A DNA stretch of 64,000 nt from the human T2T-CHM13v2.0 reference genome, Homo sapiens: assembly GCF_009914755.1 (NCBI RefSeq), contig NC_060928.1, one strand, 5' to 3'. A model generated the notes under the pieces. The model was not told the DNA's origin and made no database searches. It saw only the letters and a program-made list of their open reading frames with translations. The position numbers and the translations under genes were made by a program. This document shows positions 1 to 14,581 of the stretch, one piece after another. Numbering within the stretch: position 1 is the first letter of the stretch; every line of letters begins with the position of its first letter.

Positions 1-345
1 GGAAGCTATCTCGGCTCTTACAGTGCTTAATGTGCTCAATATGCACATTAATTCTCTTGGCAAGAATCTTACCCTTGTTTACAACAATGCCAACAGCATG
101 CTGGGGAACACTGTAGACTTTCAGTTTTGCCATGGTAACACTTGTGGGGCATTCCTTTTTGAACAGTATCCATTCCGTTGATGTGTACCATATCACCTTT
201 CTTATAGATTCGCATATTTGTAACCAAAGGAACAAGTCCATGTTTTCTAAAAGGCCTAGAGAATGTATACCGGTGCCTCTCCTCTTCCCCCTTTGTGTTC
301 ATCATTGTGGCAAATTACTGGAAGGTGGCAGTTTTGGCCGAAAGG
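1..345 (-). pseudogene. RPL21 processed pseudogene (5' part; continues off the left edge)
   Basis: ORF 69..305(-) [61 protein letters not shown] matches the RPL21 N-terminus. It is intronless, frameshifts near 120 (after CYHGKT), and keeps an mRNA-like leader starting with a pyrimidine tract (cctttcggcc) at ~345. Confidence 0.95.
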
Positions 346-645
346 AAGGACTGCTTCCTTAACTTTCCTAACTCATATGTGTCTTGTGTTTGTTTCTGTT
401 GTGGATTCTTAGTCACATGGCCTTGTTCTGTATGGTCTGCATTTTCAGGAAAAGCATCCCAGCCTAAGTGGCCCTTGTACCCGTGAAGAAATAGGCAGTG
501 TCACTTTTACTTTGTGTTCTCCTTTCCTCCACCATTTCCTCCTAGTGTGTCCTTGTTTTCAGAAACACTAGACTGATTTTTAAAAATAATATTGTATACT
601 CCGCCTCATTGCAAGAAGACTCAATCTGGCTTCTTCGCTCCATTC

Positions 646-1077
<432 letters not shown>

Positions 1078-1165
1078 TAGGAGGGCTCTCTTCACCCCCG
1101 ACATTCACTTTTCAGAGCTGTGTGTTATTTTTAAGGATGCATCATGGCTTTGTGGGAAAGCCTTA

Positions 1166-1222
1166 GTGTGTGTGTGTGTATGTGTGTGTGTGTATGTATG
1201 TGTGTGTGTGTGTGTGTGTGTG
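1166..1222. repeat. (TG)n microsatellite with TA interruptions
   Basis: Directly visible. Confidence 0.95.
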
Positions 1223-1626
1223 TAATTCCAGTCAAAGGTAAGAGTGTTTAAAGCTTTTCTGTGTTGTGCTAAGCCCTTCTCCCTGAGTCTTCTCTCTTAG
1301 ATACAGTGTGATTCATCTAACTCCAGTGACTAATGGCCATGCCAAGTACAGGGTGTTGGTCTCTGTTCTTTGGTCTCTCTCTCAGTGACTGAAGAGTGGA
1401 CAAGGCACACAAAAGAGAGCTCTAAAGGCAGTCAATCAATACTGCAGACTGACTGACAATGGCAGTATTAAGTGCCATAGTGGTTGGGTTTACTGGAATG
1501 AGTGCAAAATAAGGACCAGAGCTGGCCAAATTAGCTTTACATAATAACACTAGGCAATTGGTATTGGAAGAGATGGCTAAAGCCCAGGCCACAGGATAAG
1601 CAGGTCCCTTCCAGCTTTGACTATAG

Positions 1627-1946
1627 TTTTGGTGTTTGTTTTTTTGTTTTGTTTTGTTTTTGTTTTTTTGTGAGACAGGGTCTCTATCTCCCAGGCTGGA
1701 GTGCAGTGGTATGATCCTGGCTCACTGCAGCCTTGACTTCCTGGGCTCAAGCAATCCTCCCACTCAGCATCCCAAATAGCTGGGACTACAAGCAGGCCAC
1801 CACGGCTGGCTAATTTTTGTATTTTCTGTAGAGACAGGGTTTTGTCATGTTTTCCAGGCTGGTCTCGAACTCCTGAGCTCAAGTGATTTGCCTGCCTCAG
1901 CCTCCCAAAGTGCTGAGATTACAGGTGTGAGCCACCGTGCTCAGCC
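1627..1946 (-). mobile_element. Alu (AluJ-like) with (TTTTG)n-degenerated tail
   Basis: Antisense Alu dimer with the J-type motif ctgggctcaagcaatcctccc. Confidence 0.9.
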
Positions 1947-2189
1947 TTCACCTTTAACTATCTGTAGTTATTTAGCAAGTAGGACTTGGTCTGCAGCACA
2001 GCGGTAATTCCACTACTCTTTAACTAAAGTAAGAAGTAACAATGACACTCAGAATTATTTTTAATTTACTTTTGGTATATTCTAATTCATTAATGAGCAA
2101 ACAACTGAAAAAAGAAGAAAAACATGTTAATCTTCCATCGTTATTGGAAAAAAACAGCTTTGTTGTAACTAAAATTTCATGTATTATTA

Positions 2190-2472
2190 ATTTGAGACAA
2201 GGTCTCACTTTGTCACTGAGGCTGGAGTGCATGGAGTGCAGTGGTGTGATCATGGCTCACTGCAGCCTCAAACTCTTGGGTTCAAGCAATCCTCCCGCTT
2301 CAGCCTCTAAAATAACTAGAACTACAGGTATGCACCGCCATGCCAGGCTAATTTTTTAAATTATTTTTTGTAGAGACAGGGTCTTCCTATGTTGCCCAGG
2401 CTGGTCTCAAACTCCTGGCCTCAAATGATCCTCCCACGTCAGCCTTCCAACATGCTGGAATTATACTCAGCC
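2190..2472 (-). mobile_element. Alu (AluJ-like)
   Basis: Diverged antisense Alu dimer. Confidence 0.9.
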
Positions 2473-3694
2473 TCATGACTAATTGTTAATGTCTGTTTTT
2501 TTTCTTTCTTTCTCTAGAATGACCCAACCCATTTGACAAAAACATTGTTTTGAATGCATAGTCAAATTCCAAATCATATCAACATCGTTTACAGATAACA
2601 ATCAAGTGGGTAGGCCAAATCCAAATAACCAATTTTTAAAGTTTTTCTAGTATGCCTTGGTACCATGTATTTTGTATCTTAACAATATTGACCTCTACAG
2701 GTACGGAAGCAGAGACCTAGTAAAAATTAATGGCAAAAGTCAGTGTGTTAACAGATTAGATTGCGGCAACCCTTAATCATGAACTGCTAAACTTTAGACC
2801 ATGAGCTACCTGTTTCCTAAGATCATTTTAGTGTACAGAAGAATTTCCATATTTGAAAACAAATTTTGAAAATGGGGGAAAAAGTGAGGTAAACGAGGGT
2901 ATTAATCATACTCTGCTTTCCATGTTCTAATGCTTAGTAAATTTACTTGGCACACACACATTCTTACATTAGGAAATACATTTAAGTGAGTCTAAGTTTC
3001 ATCGTTTCACTCACTGAAAAAAAAAAATCTACTTTATACAATTTGGAGAAAGGAAAAGATTATTCTGTAGTTGGAAAGGCAAGTATTATACTCTTAGGCT
3101 ACCCTCTTAACTCTGCTTTGGACAAACACAATAAAGGATAAAAATGTTTATGCTGCTTTTCTTCCCTGTGTTTTCCCCATAGGACAGTCTGTATGTGGTC
3201 TAAAATCATGACCTATCAGAGACTTACATATTTTTAAAGTAGACTGGAGCCTCAGTGTCATCTCTCTTCATCATGATACTGTATTATTACCTTTTATCAG
3301 CCACATCAGGGAAGTATACTTGTTCATTTAAATCAAGGGTCAAACCAAATACTCACATGTGTGGGAGGAGTTCTTTTCATAACATGACAATGTCTCTATC
3401 TTTTGTTTTGGCCTGTATTGATGATTTAATGATGAACTTCCTCCCTGATGTTTATTCAAAGACATTGTTATCCTTCTTTTCATTCTAAGGGATTTGGGGG
3501 CTATTATTTTTTAGCAGTGGCTGGTATAGGTGAAAGCAGTGACAAAGCTTCTCAAAGCAAGGAATAAGGCAGTGAAGCCACGGACACATAGAGCCATGGG
3601 AGAAACAAGGCCATGGGAGAAACATGACTTTCCTCAGGTTAAAGTCGTGGGGTTAAAACCCTTTTATATTAAAACAAGTATGATTATAAAATGT

Positions 3695-5110
3695 ACTTAT
3701 TGAACAAACATTTATGGTGCATTTATCATGTGTCAGGCAATATTCTTGATTCTGGAAATATACTGGTGAAAGTTAAGGTGGCCAGACACGGCACCCAATT
3801 TCATGGAGCTGGTATTCTAACAGAGAATGACAAAAATATGAATAAGAAATTCAGATAGTGAAAAGTGTAATGAAGAAAATATACAATGTCACAGTGACAG
3901 CGCAGAAGAGCTCATTCAGACTGGCAGGTTGGGAAAAGTTTCACTGAAGAAGGGACATTTGAGCTGAGACCTGAAATCCTAAGAGGAGGGGGTCATTCTA
4001 GGCAGAGACAACAATGAATAAACAACCCCACGGGAAAACTAACTTTGCCTTTCTGAGTAACCGAAAAAGACAATGCAGTCAGACTGGAGTGGGTGGAACA
4101 CTGATGATAAGAAATGATGTCAAAAGGCAGGCAATGGCCAGACTGTGTAGAACACTGGAAGAACAGCTAAAGAGGCAATTGCAATTCAGGTAAGAACTGA
4201 TAGAAGATAATGGAAACTTAGAAAAAAGGAAAAGCGATGGATATGAAGGAAAAATTAATGTACTGCAGGTGTATTTTTGAAGTAGATTATGAGATTATGG
4301 GAAATGGAGGAGAAATGACAGCTCCTGGGTTTTTGTCTGAGTGAAATATATGAGTGAGAGGAGAAGGACCATATAGTGAGATGAGGAAGAATGAAAAAAA
4401 GAACCAATTTCACAGGGAGAAAGTCAAGAGTACTGTTTTAGCCATTTTAAGTATGAAACACCTTTTTATTATTCAAGTAGCGAATGGTCAAGTGGGCGTT
4501 TAGGTATCTAAAGTTATAGCTCAGTGGAAAGGTCAGAACTGGCAATATAAATCTGTACATAAGATGGTATCTAAACCATGCAATTAGATGAGATCAGTAG
4601 AAAAACAGAAAAGTCTTGGGCCTGAGCCTGGAGCACACCAACACTTAAGGCTTAAGAGGAAGACCTACAGCCAATGGATAGAGCAAGAAGCAAGAAACTG
4701 GGAGAGCATGCTGTTAAAGAAGCCAAGAAAAGACAGATAGTGCATGAAGAGGACTTAATAAATGCGGCAGGAGTTAAGAGAGAGATGACTGATTTGGCAA
4801 AGTGGAGGTGTTTGTAATCTTGACAAGAGCAGTTTCAGGGAATGGTGGGATCCAAAACCTAGTTTTAGGGTCCATAGAGGTAAGCTGGAAATGTGAGGAA
4901 ATTTTTGAGCAGGTTTCTGTGAAGGTGTGAGAGAAGTGGCAAAAGAAGATGTGAGGTCAAGGGAAGGTGTCGTTTTGTTTACAAATGGGAGGCAGAAGAA
5001 AATGTTTGTATGCTGATGGAATGGTCCAGTAGTCAGAGGCTGGTGTTGGAAAAAGTTGAAGAGGGAAGTTATGACACAGTAATTTTGGAGAGTAAGAGAA
5101 CAAACATGTT
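3695..5110 (-). mobile_element. LINE-2 remnant
   Basis: Begins with the reverse complement of an L2 3' end (aacaaacatttatggtgcatttatcatgtgtcaggca) and continues as purine-rich L2-like body (gacatttgagctgagacctgaa; gatttggcaa...tgacaagagcagtttcaggga). Confidence 0.7.
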
Positions 5111-6164
5111 TGTGAAGCACAGTAAGATCTTTGGGTAGTACCTATTTGAAATTTGTGGTAATGGATTTAAAATGAAATTAGTCAGCATTGGCTTCAGATT
5201 TTTCTCCAGCCCCATTCAGCTGTTAGGTGTAAGCGCAGAGTAAAGAGATGGAGCAGTGCTTAAAACAAGTTGGGACTCGCAGGTAGGAGACTATGACAGA
5301 GAGTAGACGAAGTTGATACGATTACAGAAAAGCAATTGCTAATGATAGGCTATGATAAATTCCCAAGATATGTGTTTATTAAATGTTTGATGAATGACAC
5401 AGACCTGGAATCAGACTTTACCCATTCCTAGAAGGGTAAGTCGCTGAACTTAAGTCAATAATTCCTTTACAGAATTTCTGAGAGGACTTAATTATAATTT
5501 TTGTATAGTGCCTAAAATAGGACCTGGCATTGAACAGTCACTCAATACATGTTAGTTTTCAACTCCACTTTCCAAGTACAATTTCTCTTCCTCGTTCAGT
5601 TACTCAACAATCATTTCTTCAAAACAGTCTGTGCCAGGCACATACTGGGCGCTAAGATATAATAGCAAGGCTGATAAGAACCTGCTTTCATGGTATAGCA
5701 GGAGAAACAGATATTTTACAAATAACTAAACTTAATATTTATGTTCAGTTGTGATAAACACTGTGAAGACTGACCTAGGGAGATGTTGAAAACAGATTTT
5801 TAAAACTTTTAAACTTTTGTAAAAATGTTCAAAGAGAATCTGTTGTTAGAAGTTTAACATTCTGATTTAACTGTTTTGAATACGAAAAATACAAACTCAA
5901 AGTAAACATCTAAAATATAAGGCAAATCTATCCATATAGAAAAGGAATAAGAAGGTACTGACCAATGAAGTTGAAACAACACTGTCATATTAATCTCAAA
6001 AATGGACCAAACTGGCCTTTATTTTAGGGTCAGAATGCATGTGAGAGTTGGGCTCAATTCTTTTAGAATTGTTCCTTAGGATATTTCTTAAGCTTTAACT
6101 TTATGCCAGGCATTGTGCTAAGTGACAGAAAGAGAAAAGCAGCCCTTGGCATCCAGGACTTGGC

Positions 6165-6630
6165 TTGTTATTACCAGCTAGGCCTTGGTGTTCTCCTGTT
6201 GAACATAAACAATCTCACAGAAGACCATCAGTCAAGGTTACTCTGTGACCATGATGAAACAGAAAAGACCTCTTCACATCTTGTGTAATAAGACAAAAAC
6301 AAAGTCGCAGTGCAAAGCACAAAATACTAAATATGAGTGACTGCTGCTTCTTTACAAATTACGGCTTTCACTTAGCTTCGTGTCTCCCACCTCCTAAATG
6401 AGATCTATTCAGACCAATCATAAAATTACCCCACTTCCTTACAGAATCGAAATCCAGTGCAAACTCTTGCTTGAATCCTTCCCAAATCACTCATCACAAG
6501 CCCAAATCCTGAAAGAAGGCCTTTCCAGCACTCAGGAATCCCTACAATGTATCTCTAGTTTCAACAAACAAAAAAACCCAACTTTGTTCAACTCCTTGTG
6601 TGTTCCTAGTGGTCTCCTGTGTTGAGTGGC
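6165..6630. mobile_element. Probable old solo LTR interrupting a MIR
   Basis: ~460 bp of LTR-like sequence between two MIR-like pieces (atgccaggcattgtgctaag at ~6103 and the MIR core at ~6655); family not identified. Confidence 0.4.
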
Positions 6631-6654
6631 ATTACCAGTGGAATATATGCATTA

Positions 6655-6810
6655 TATTGTGTAATCCTCATAAGTACTTCTTGAAACAGGTACTATTAAC
6701 AAATCCATTTTACAAATGAGGAAATGGAGGCACAGAGCTGTTAAGTAACATTTCCAAAGCCACACAGCTGGAGAGTGGCAGAACCAGAATTAGATTCCAG
6801 TCTGACCCCA
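6655..6810 (-). mobile_element. MIR SINE
   Basis: MIR core ccattttacaaatgaggaaatggaggcacagag...ttaagtaac. Confidence 0.8.
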
Positions 6811-7563
6811 GTGAGATTCCCTGATAATGTTCCAGATAATTATTTAGAATTGTTAGTAGGCTAGTCTTTCAGTTTAACAAAGGGCAAAACAGTCTTTCTA
6901 TACCTCTATTCCTTCGATCTTACATACTCTTTGGTCTCATTGCTAAACAGTGAAACAGTTGAGTTCTTTATTTAAGGAATTTTTACTTGCTAGCTTTACA
7001 GGTTAAAACAAATTAACATTGGAGCTTGCTAATTTTGGCTTATTTCAGGGTCAGAATGAGCTTCATCAATGACAGATTTGACCAGGTCCACTCACATTCT
7101 CAAAATCTTTCAATAGCTTCAGGCTAGAGTCAAAAAAATTTCAGCATGATACACTTGTCCCTTCTCCCTTTCCTGACCTTATCTCTTGATGCTTCTGCAC
7201 AATTCATTAAACAGGTATTTTGTACCAGACCATCTCCCCATATTTTCCAATCATACAGAAATCATCAGTACTTTTTTAACACAGCCTTTTCATGTGTTAA
7301 GCTTCAACCCATGCAACCTATGACCTTTCCACCCCAAATATATTGCTCCTTTGAAGATCCACCCTATCACTTACTTTCCTTGATTATTAGCACTTTTCAT
7401 ACCATGTTACATGCTTATTCCTCCAGCCTCAACTCTTTAGAAACCAAAAGGCATTATTCTCTTTGCTATCCTTTATACTTGGCATGATGCCCGAGGTTGG
7501 GCCAAGCTTAGACCTTAGACCATTTCTTCACCAAATTCAAATGTCTCCCATTTCTTTAGTAAT

Positions 7564-7958
7564 TGGTATGGTTTGGGTCTGTGTTCCCCCACAAATCTCG
7601 TGTTGAACTGTAATCCCCAATGTTAGAAGAGGGGCTTTGTGGGAGGTGACTGGATCATGGGGGCAGATTTTTCCCTTGCTATTCTGGTAATAGTGAGTTC
7701 TCACAAGATCTGGTTGTTTATAAAAATGTGTAGTACCTCCCCCTTCATTCTCTCTTCCTCCTGCTCTCGCCATGTAGGAAGTGCCTGCTTCCCCTTTGCC
7801 TTCTGCCATAAGTTTCCTGAGGCCTCCCCAAAAGCCAAGCAGAAGCCGTCATGCTTCCCGTACAGCCTGTGGAACTATGAGTCAATTAAACCTCTTTTCT
7901 TTATGAATTACCCAGTCTCAGGTACTTCTTTATAGCAGTACAAGAACAGAGTAACACA
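7564..7958 (+). mobile_element. MaLR solo LTR (MST family)
   Basis: Starts tggtatggtttgggtctgtgt, has caattaaacctctt poly(A) signal region, ends ctttatagcagtacaagaacagagtaacaca. Confidence 0.9.
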
Positions 7959-9070
7959 GCAACACATTTCTAGTTCTGTTACTGCACTCAAAAAATCTAA
8001 GTTTAATAAATTGTGCATTAGTCATAATGGAGGACAATTGGTTTTCAGATTATTTTCCAAAAATTTATTGTGGATCAGAAGATAACTGGATTTTTTGGAT
8101 GTGTGCTTCTCAACCAGCAATGTAAGTTCAATAGGTCTTTGGGTTACAGCAGTGTCAACTCTTAAAGTAAACTACGATTTTTTTTTTTTTTTTTTTTTTT
8201 TTGAGGAAGTCGTCTTCTGCTTTGCCAGGCCACTGGTTATACATGATTAGGGGACACAGTGTAATAATGAGTCTCCTTGATAACTAGTAATAATGAATCC
8301 TAATACCAAAATGCCAATACCAAAAACAAAACACCTCACAGTAGAATGATTACTTGGGGAAGCAGACTGAAGAGCATAGGAACTAGTTACTACTCTCTTT
8401 TGTATATTGAAACTTGAAATTGATGCAAAAGCAATAAAAATATTCTTTAAAGCTAAAAATGTAGTTGCTGGGGATAACAGAAATAAAGTCATACAGCTAG
8501 TGTGAAATAACTGAGACAATTTATCTATTTAAATATAATGGGCTGTCCTATGAAGAAAAACATATCAAAAGAGTGGCTTTTAAGCATAGATTAAAAAAAT
8601 TGGTCCAGATTCCTTTCAGTTTCAGGAAAAAAGGTTAATCATGTATTTTAAAACTGTTAAAACTAGGGACAAAGAAAACACACTTGGCATTAAAATGTCA
8701 GTAAGTTTTTGAAAAAGATTACCTTGGAAAAGCAATTTTTGTGAGTAAATAAATTTGCTGTAATAGTATGTTCTATCTTCTTCATATTAGCAGTCTCCTA
8801 TTTCTATAGGATTTGTTTAAAAAACTTCAACAATTATATCAAAGTTTCAAAAAGTTCAAAGCCTTAAACCTCTTGTTGAAGAAAGCAAAAGAACCATTTT
8901 GTCAAAACAAACATAAAAACTCAAATTCTGAAATCTAAATGTTATTCCAAGACTATGATTGACTTCCTCTATCTCGCCAACACTTTTAACTATTTAAAAA
9001 TTGTCTTTTTCGTTGTATTCCGTTTTAAGCTGTTATGATTTTATATATCACCCCAAAATACTCTAAATAA

Positions 9071-9475
9071 TTTTTTTTTTTTTTTGGCAGGGGGACTGGG
9101 TCTCATTGCTGCCCAGGCTGGAGAACAGTGGCGTGACCACGGCTCACTGCAGCCTCAACCATCCTGGCAGCTGGGACCACAGGTATGCACCATCATTCCC
9201 AGCTTTTTTACATGTTATTTTTATTTGTAGAAATGGGTTCTCCCTATGTTGCCCAGGCTGCTCTCAAACTCCTGGGCTCAAGGGATCCTCCCACCTTAGC
9301 CTCCCAAGTAGCTGGGACTACAGGCGCATACCACCATGCCTGGCTAATTTTTAAAAGTTTTTTTAGAGATGGGGTCTCACTGTGTTGCCCAGGCTGGTCT
9401 TGTGGGCTCAAGCGATCCTTCTGTCTCAGCCTCTCAAAGGGCAGGGATTACAGGCGTGAATCACTGCAGCCAGCT
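9071..9475 (-). mobile_element. Composite (three-arm) AluJ-like element
   Basis: Read on the minus strand: left arm, then a right-arm start that switches into left-arm sequence (~9270), then another right arm and A tail. Confidence 0.85.
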
Positions 9476-11650
9476 CTTTAAACAAATTTTAACATACTAT
9501 TAAATTATCAGTAAATAGGTTTTAACAATGTCAGCTCCTTTACTTCATCTTTCTGTTCAATTAATTAAAACCATTCTCTAATTGATTTTGAATGATTTAA
9601 TGTCATTTGATCCTGATACAAATTTATTCCAAAAATGCAATTTTGATGAGAACATTAGAATTTTAATTAACATGGACTTACTAAAAAAAGTAGTTCAATA
9701 GGGGAAACAAAGGAAAGAACCAAAACACTGTTCATGTCTATCCACTCATGTGTGAAAATGTAGCATTCAAAAATGACAGCACATTTGAAGCATAATTATA
9801 GGGACACCATAGTGGTGGAAGAAGACAGTGTAAGAAAGACAACTGTCAGAGTGCGGTACTCTGGAACATCAAAAGGCTATATTCGTCATTGATGGCTGTT
9901 TCTTTGAGAACTCCCAAACTATGTAAGTTTCTGAAACTGCTCCAGGCATTCAATAAAGCAAAAAGTACACTTATAAAAGTGTTTAAAACTTTGTGATTTT
10001 TCAAGTATATTTTATAGTTTTATCAAAAATATATCTAAAGTTTTTTTTTAAGTAGCTAAATTTTCAAACTGCACAATGACAAGCTCTTAAATGGGGGATT
10101 CTGGTCAAAAGGCATTTGGTCAGCAAAAACAATTTTAGATACTGTAGTTTTCTGCTACTAGTTAACACACTTGAAATTTATATGATACACAATTGTGCTC
10201 ACAGAAAATATATTCCTCAATCATGGTCTAAAGCCAGAAGGTTATTAGTACTGATGCCAACGACCAAAAGTAGGGCCTTTCCTGTCATTTCTCAGGCACC
10301 TGCTTGTCATTTACCCTCAAATGACAGCCTGCGGACAGCCAGGTCCCTTGGGCACAGAGTTCTTGATTCCAACGTTTCAATTCATTACACTAGTCAGCCA
10401 CTATTTCCCGCAACACACTTTCAAACTTTTTCTAACTTCACAGAACTTCCCAAAATGTAACTTCTTTCAAAGAATGGCAAACTGAAGTTGAATAATTCAG
10501 TCTTAATTTCTAGTTAATATTAATCATAAAATATTACATTTTTATATTGCTAATTCATTTTCAAGTAGATTAATTTCTACCCATGTAGCTGCAGAATTAG
10601 AAAGGCAAGTCTCTGTAGAGCTGGTTTACTAAACAGCTGAGGAATGATGCTCGAAGTACCCTTCATTATCCCAAAGCATTTATTACATAAGAAAACATTA
10701 TGTAGACTTTATGTGCATATTATCTATAGAGAACGTAAAGTAGGTTTTACTAAAATTAATGTCACTACACATCACAGCTTACGTTTTACAATAAAAAGAG
10801 AAATCAAAAATAAAAAAACAAAGGATACAGTTAGCACATTATTCACTTGTTTGCTTGGAAAATGCAATGAGCACACACACACACACAAACACACAAATCG
10901 GTATTTGTAGACCTGCCTTTGTAATTTAAAATGTTAATGAAATGTAAATTTTTTCAGTACAAAATTCATGACTGTTCATCCCTAGGCTGCATTGTGTCCA
11001 ACCTTGTAGGAGTCCTTTTTTAAATTTTATTAGTCCCAAAAGTCCCTCATTGTCCCTTTCCCTTCCATCCTACCAGCACCAAAGAAAATACATTTGACAA
11101 CCACAATTGGATCGGTGGCAGTAAAACATAAAATAATTTTAATTTAGAAAACAACACACCCCTTGCACTTTTTGTAACGAAATTAAGTTTTTAGGTTCCA
11201 AGCTATTCATCATGAAGAGAATGTGTTTAATCTGATGTGAAGTTGGCTACCCAACAGTCTAGTCAGGCTGTAGAATGTTTAACTCGGGGTCTGGTAGGCT
11301 GCCAGCCATTCTAAATGTTTTCACACGGACAAGCAATAAATAATTAAATGTCTAAGTCACAGTTCTCAGATTGGGCAGTAGATAGAACTAAAACTTAACC
11401 ACTTACAGAGACAGATAAACAATTTTTGAGTGGCTGGAATCCAACAATTTACCTTTCAGTTCCCCAGGCATAGGCGATGCTCTTTCAGTTACAGTGAGCC
11501 AGTTGTGGTCATGCTTTCTTACAAGGATTCTAAATGATCACTTTTGGGATTTTTAAAAATCACTAACAACCTGCAATGGAAGATAAGTGATAAACTTCCT
11601 AAGCCTTATTGTCATTATAAAATTAGGTTAGAGAGGTAAGGGAAGATATC

Positions 11651-11794
11651 TTTTTTTAAAATTTTAAAAATAAGAATAGAGACAGGTTCTTGCTATGTTG
11701 CCCAGGCTGGTCTTGAACTCCTGGGTTCAAGTAATCCTCCCACCTCGGCTTCCCAAAGTGCTAAGATTACAGGTGTGAGCCACCACATCCAGCC
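11651..11794 (-). mobile_element. FLAM / free left Alu monomer
   Basis: Single antisense left-arm monomer. Confidence 0.85.
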
Positions 11795-11901
11795 GGAAGA
11801 TATAATTGATAAAAATATTGAAAATATACATGGTCTTCTTTCCTTCCTCCCAATTCTAACGTGGAGGGTAGAGCCAAGTGTAGTTTTAAAACCAAACTAC
11901 T

Positions 11902-12214
<313 letters not shown>

Positions 12215-12378
12215 CTAATTTACTCATCAAAATTACAGTTTTGGAATGCATTTGTATCAAGATCAAAATGACATTCATTAAATCATTCAAAATCAACTGG
12301 AGAATGGTTTTAACTGAAGAGGAAGATAAAACAAAGGAGCTGACCCTGTTAAAACCTAGATACTTGAATAGTATGTTA

Positions 12379-12698
<320 letters not shown>

Positions 12699-14134
12699 CT
12701 TCCCAGCTGATTTTATGCACATCTCCACTAGATACTTCCAAGGTTTCTTCCAGCTCTGAGACTCCACCTTCTTTTAAATGGATGTGGCCTATAGCTTAGA
12801 AGCAAGACCCAATGCTAACAGAATTTGGGAAACAAACTAACAAAAAATGCCTCTCCCATCCTCCTCCCCCACGCTTTCTTCAGAGCTCTTTCTTGACACA
12901 CCTGTCAACAGTTTTGATAGACAGATTTAAAACATGTAATGCATTTGTTTATAGATGACCTAGTTCATCTTTGCTCTAAAATGCATATAGAAGAAACACT
13001 GGTCAGATGATCATGGCAGAAATTACCATCCAGCAGATATGTTACAAACAGAAGACTATAAAAAGCTGGCTTTGCAGGACTAATAAATCCAGAGTATCTC
13101 TAGTAAAACTTATGTATCTTCAGAGAATAACTTAGAGTTTTTGTAACATGCTTGATGTGCACAATACTACACTGCTAACATCTTATGTAGACAAACGGGT
13201 TTATCTACCTGTCAGGGTTTCTCAGCATAAGAGTTTTAAAATTTAAAGTCAGTTCTCAATATATTGATTCCAACTTGAAAAATACAAAGCTCTCAATATT
13301 TAGTATAGAAATATGTGTTTTTTCTATCTTTCACTTATAATTTATTCATAGCTGTTTTTCTCATTCTTAGAATTTTTAACTTTAGGATTACACAATGGAA
13401 CAATGCTATCGTTAATATAGAAACCATTGACAAATACAGTCAGAACTACAAGGCTGGAAACAGAAATTCATACTTATATTGTCTTTAAGCTGAAGTTAAT
13501 TTTAAAAGCTTTAAAAATATTACAGGGAGAAAAAACCTCTTAAGTACAAGTAAATCAAGATGTAAGACCAAAAAAAGTTACATTTGGCCTGGAAATTGAG
13601 ATTTTATCCATTAAAGCAAAGTAACTGACAAGCACCCTTTGCAGGAAAAACCTACTGAAAAAGGCACTGTAAATACAGGAATTAAGAATTTCCTTTTCAG
13701 AGTTTTTTTTTTTTTTTTTTCCTGTTCCATAGAAATAACAGGGCTATCCCCCTAGGCAGTGGCCCAGTCTCACACTTTTTCAGATGTTTTTATAGATTTC
13801 TATTTCCCAGTGATTGCAGAAACTCTCTGCAATTATTTCTTGCAAAGACTATCAGATCATCCAACATTAGACTGACAGACTTCTATTTTGCTGAAATAAC
13901 AAATCGTGTCAATAGAAAGTCATTTTTCATCTCCAAATACTGCAATAAAAACCTGAGATGCTTCCCTTATGATCGATTTTTAATTTCCTAACTTCTATAG
14001 AAATTTTTCTTCATGGTTTTTATATTTTTGGCATTTCTAACTTAAAATATCTAAAACTCTTTAAGTTATATGCATGAAGCATTTGTGCTTTGATTTTAAA
14101 AAAAAGTTAATATCATGCTGTTTGAACAATGTGA

Positions 14135-14581
<447 letters not shown>

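Noticed and set aside
8178-8232. Poly-T run followed by ~30 nt weakly like an Alu 3' end
   Set aside because: Too short and no TSD found; cannot be assigned.
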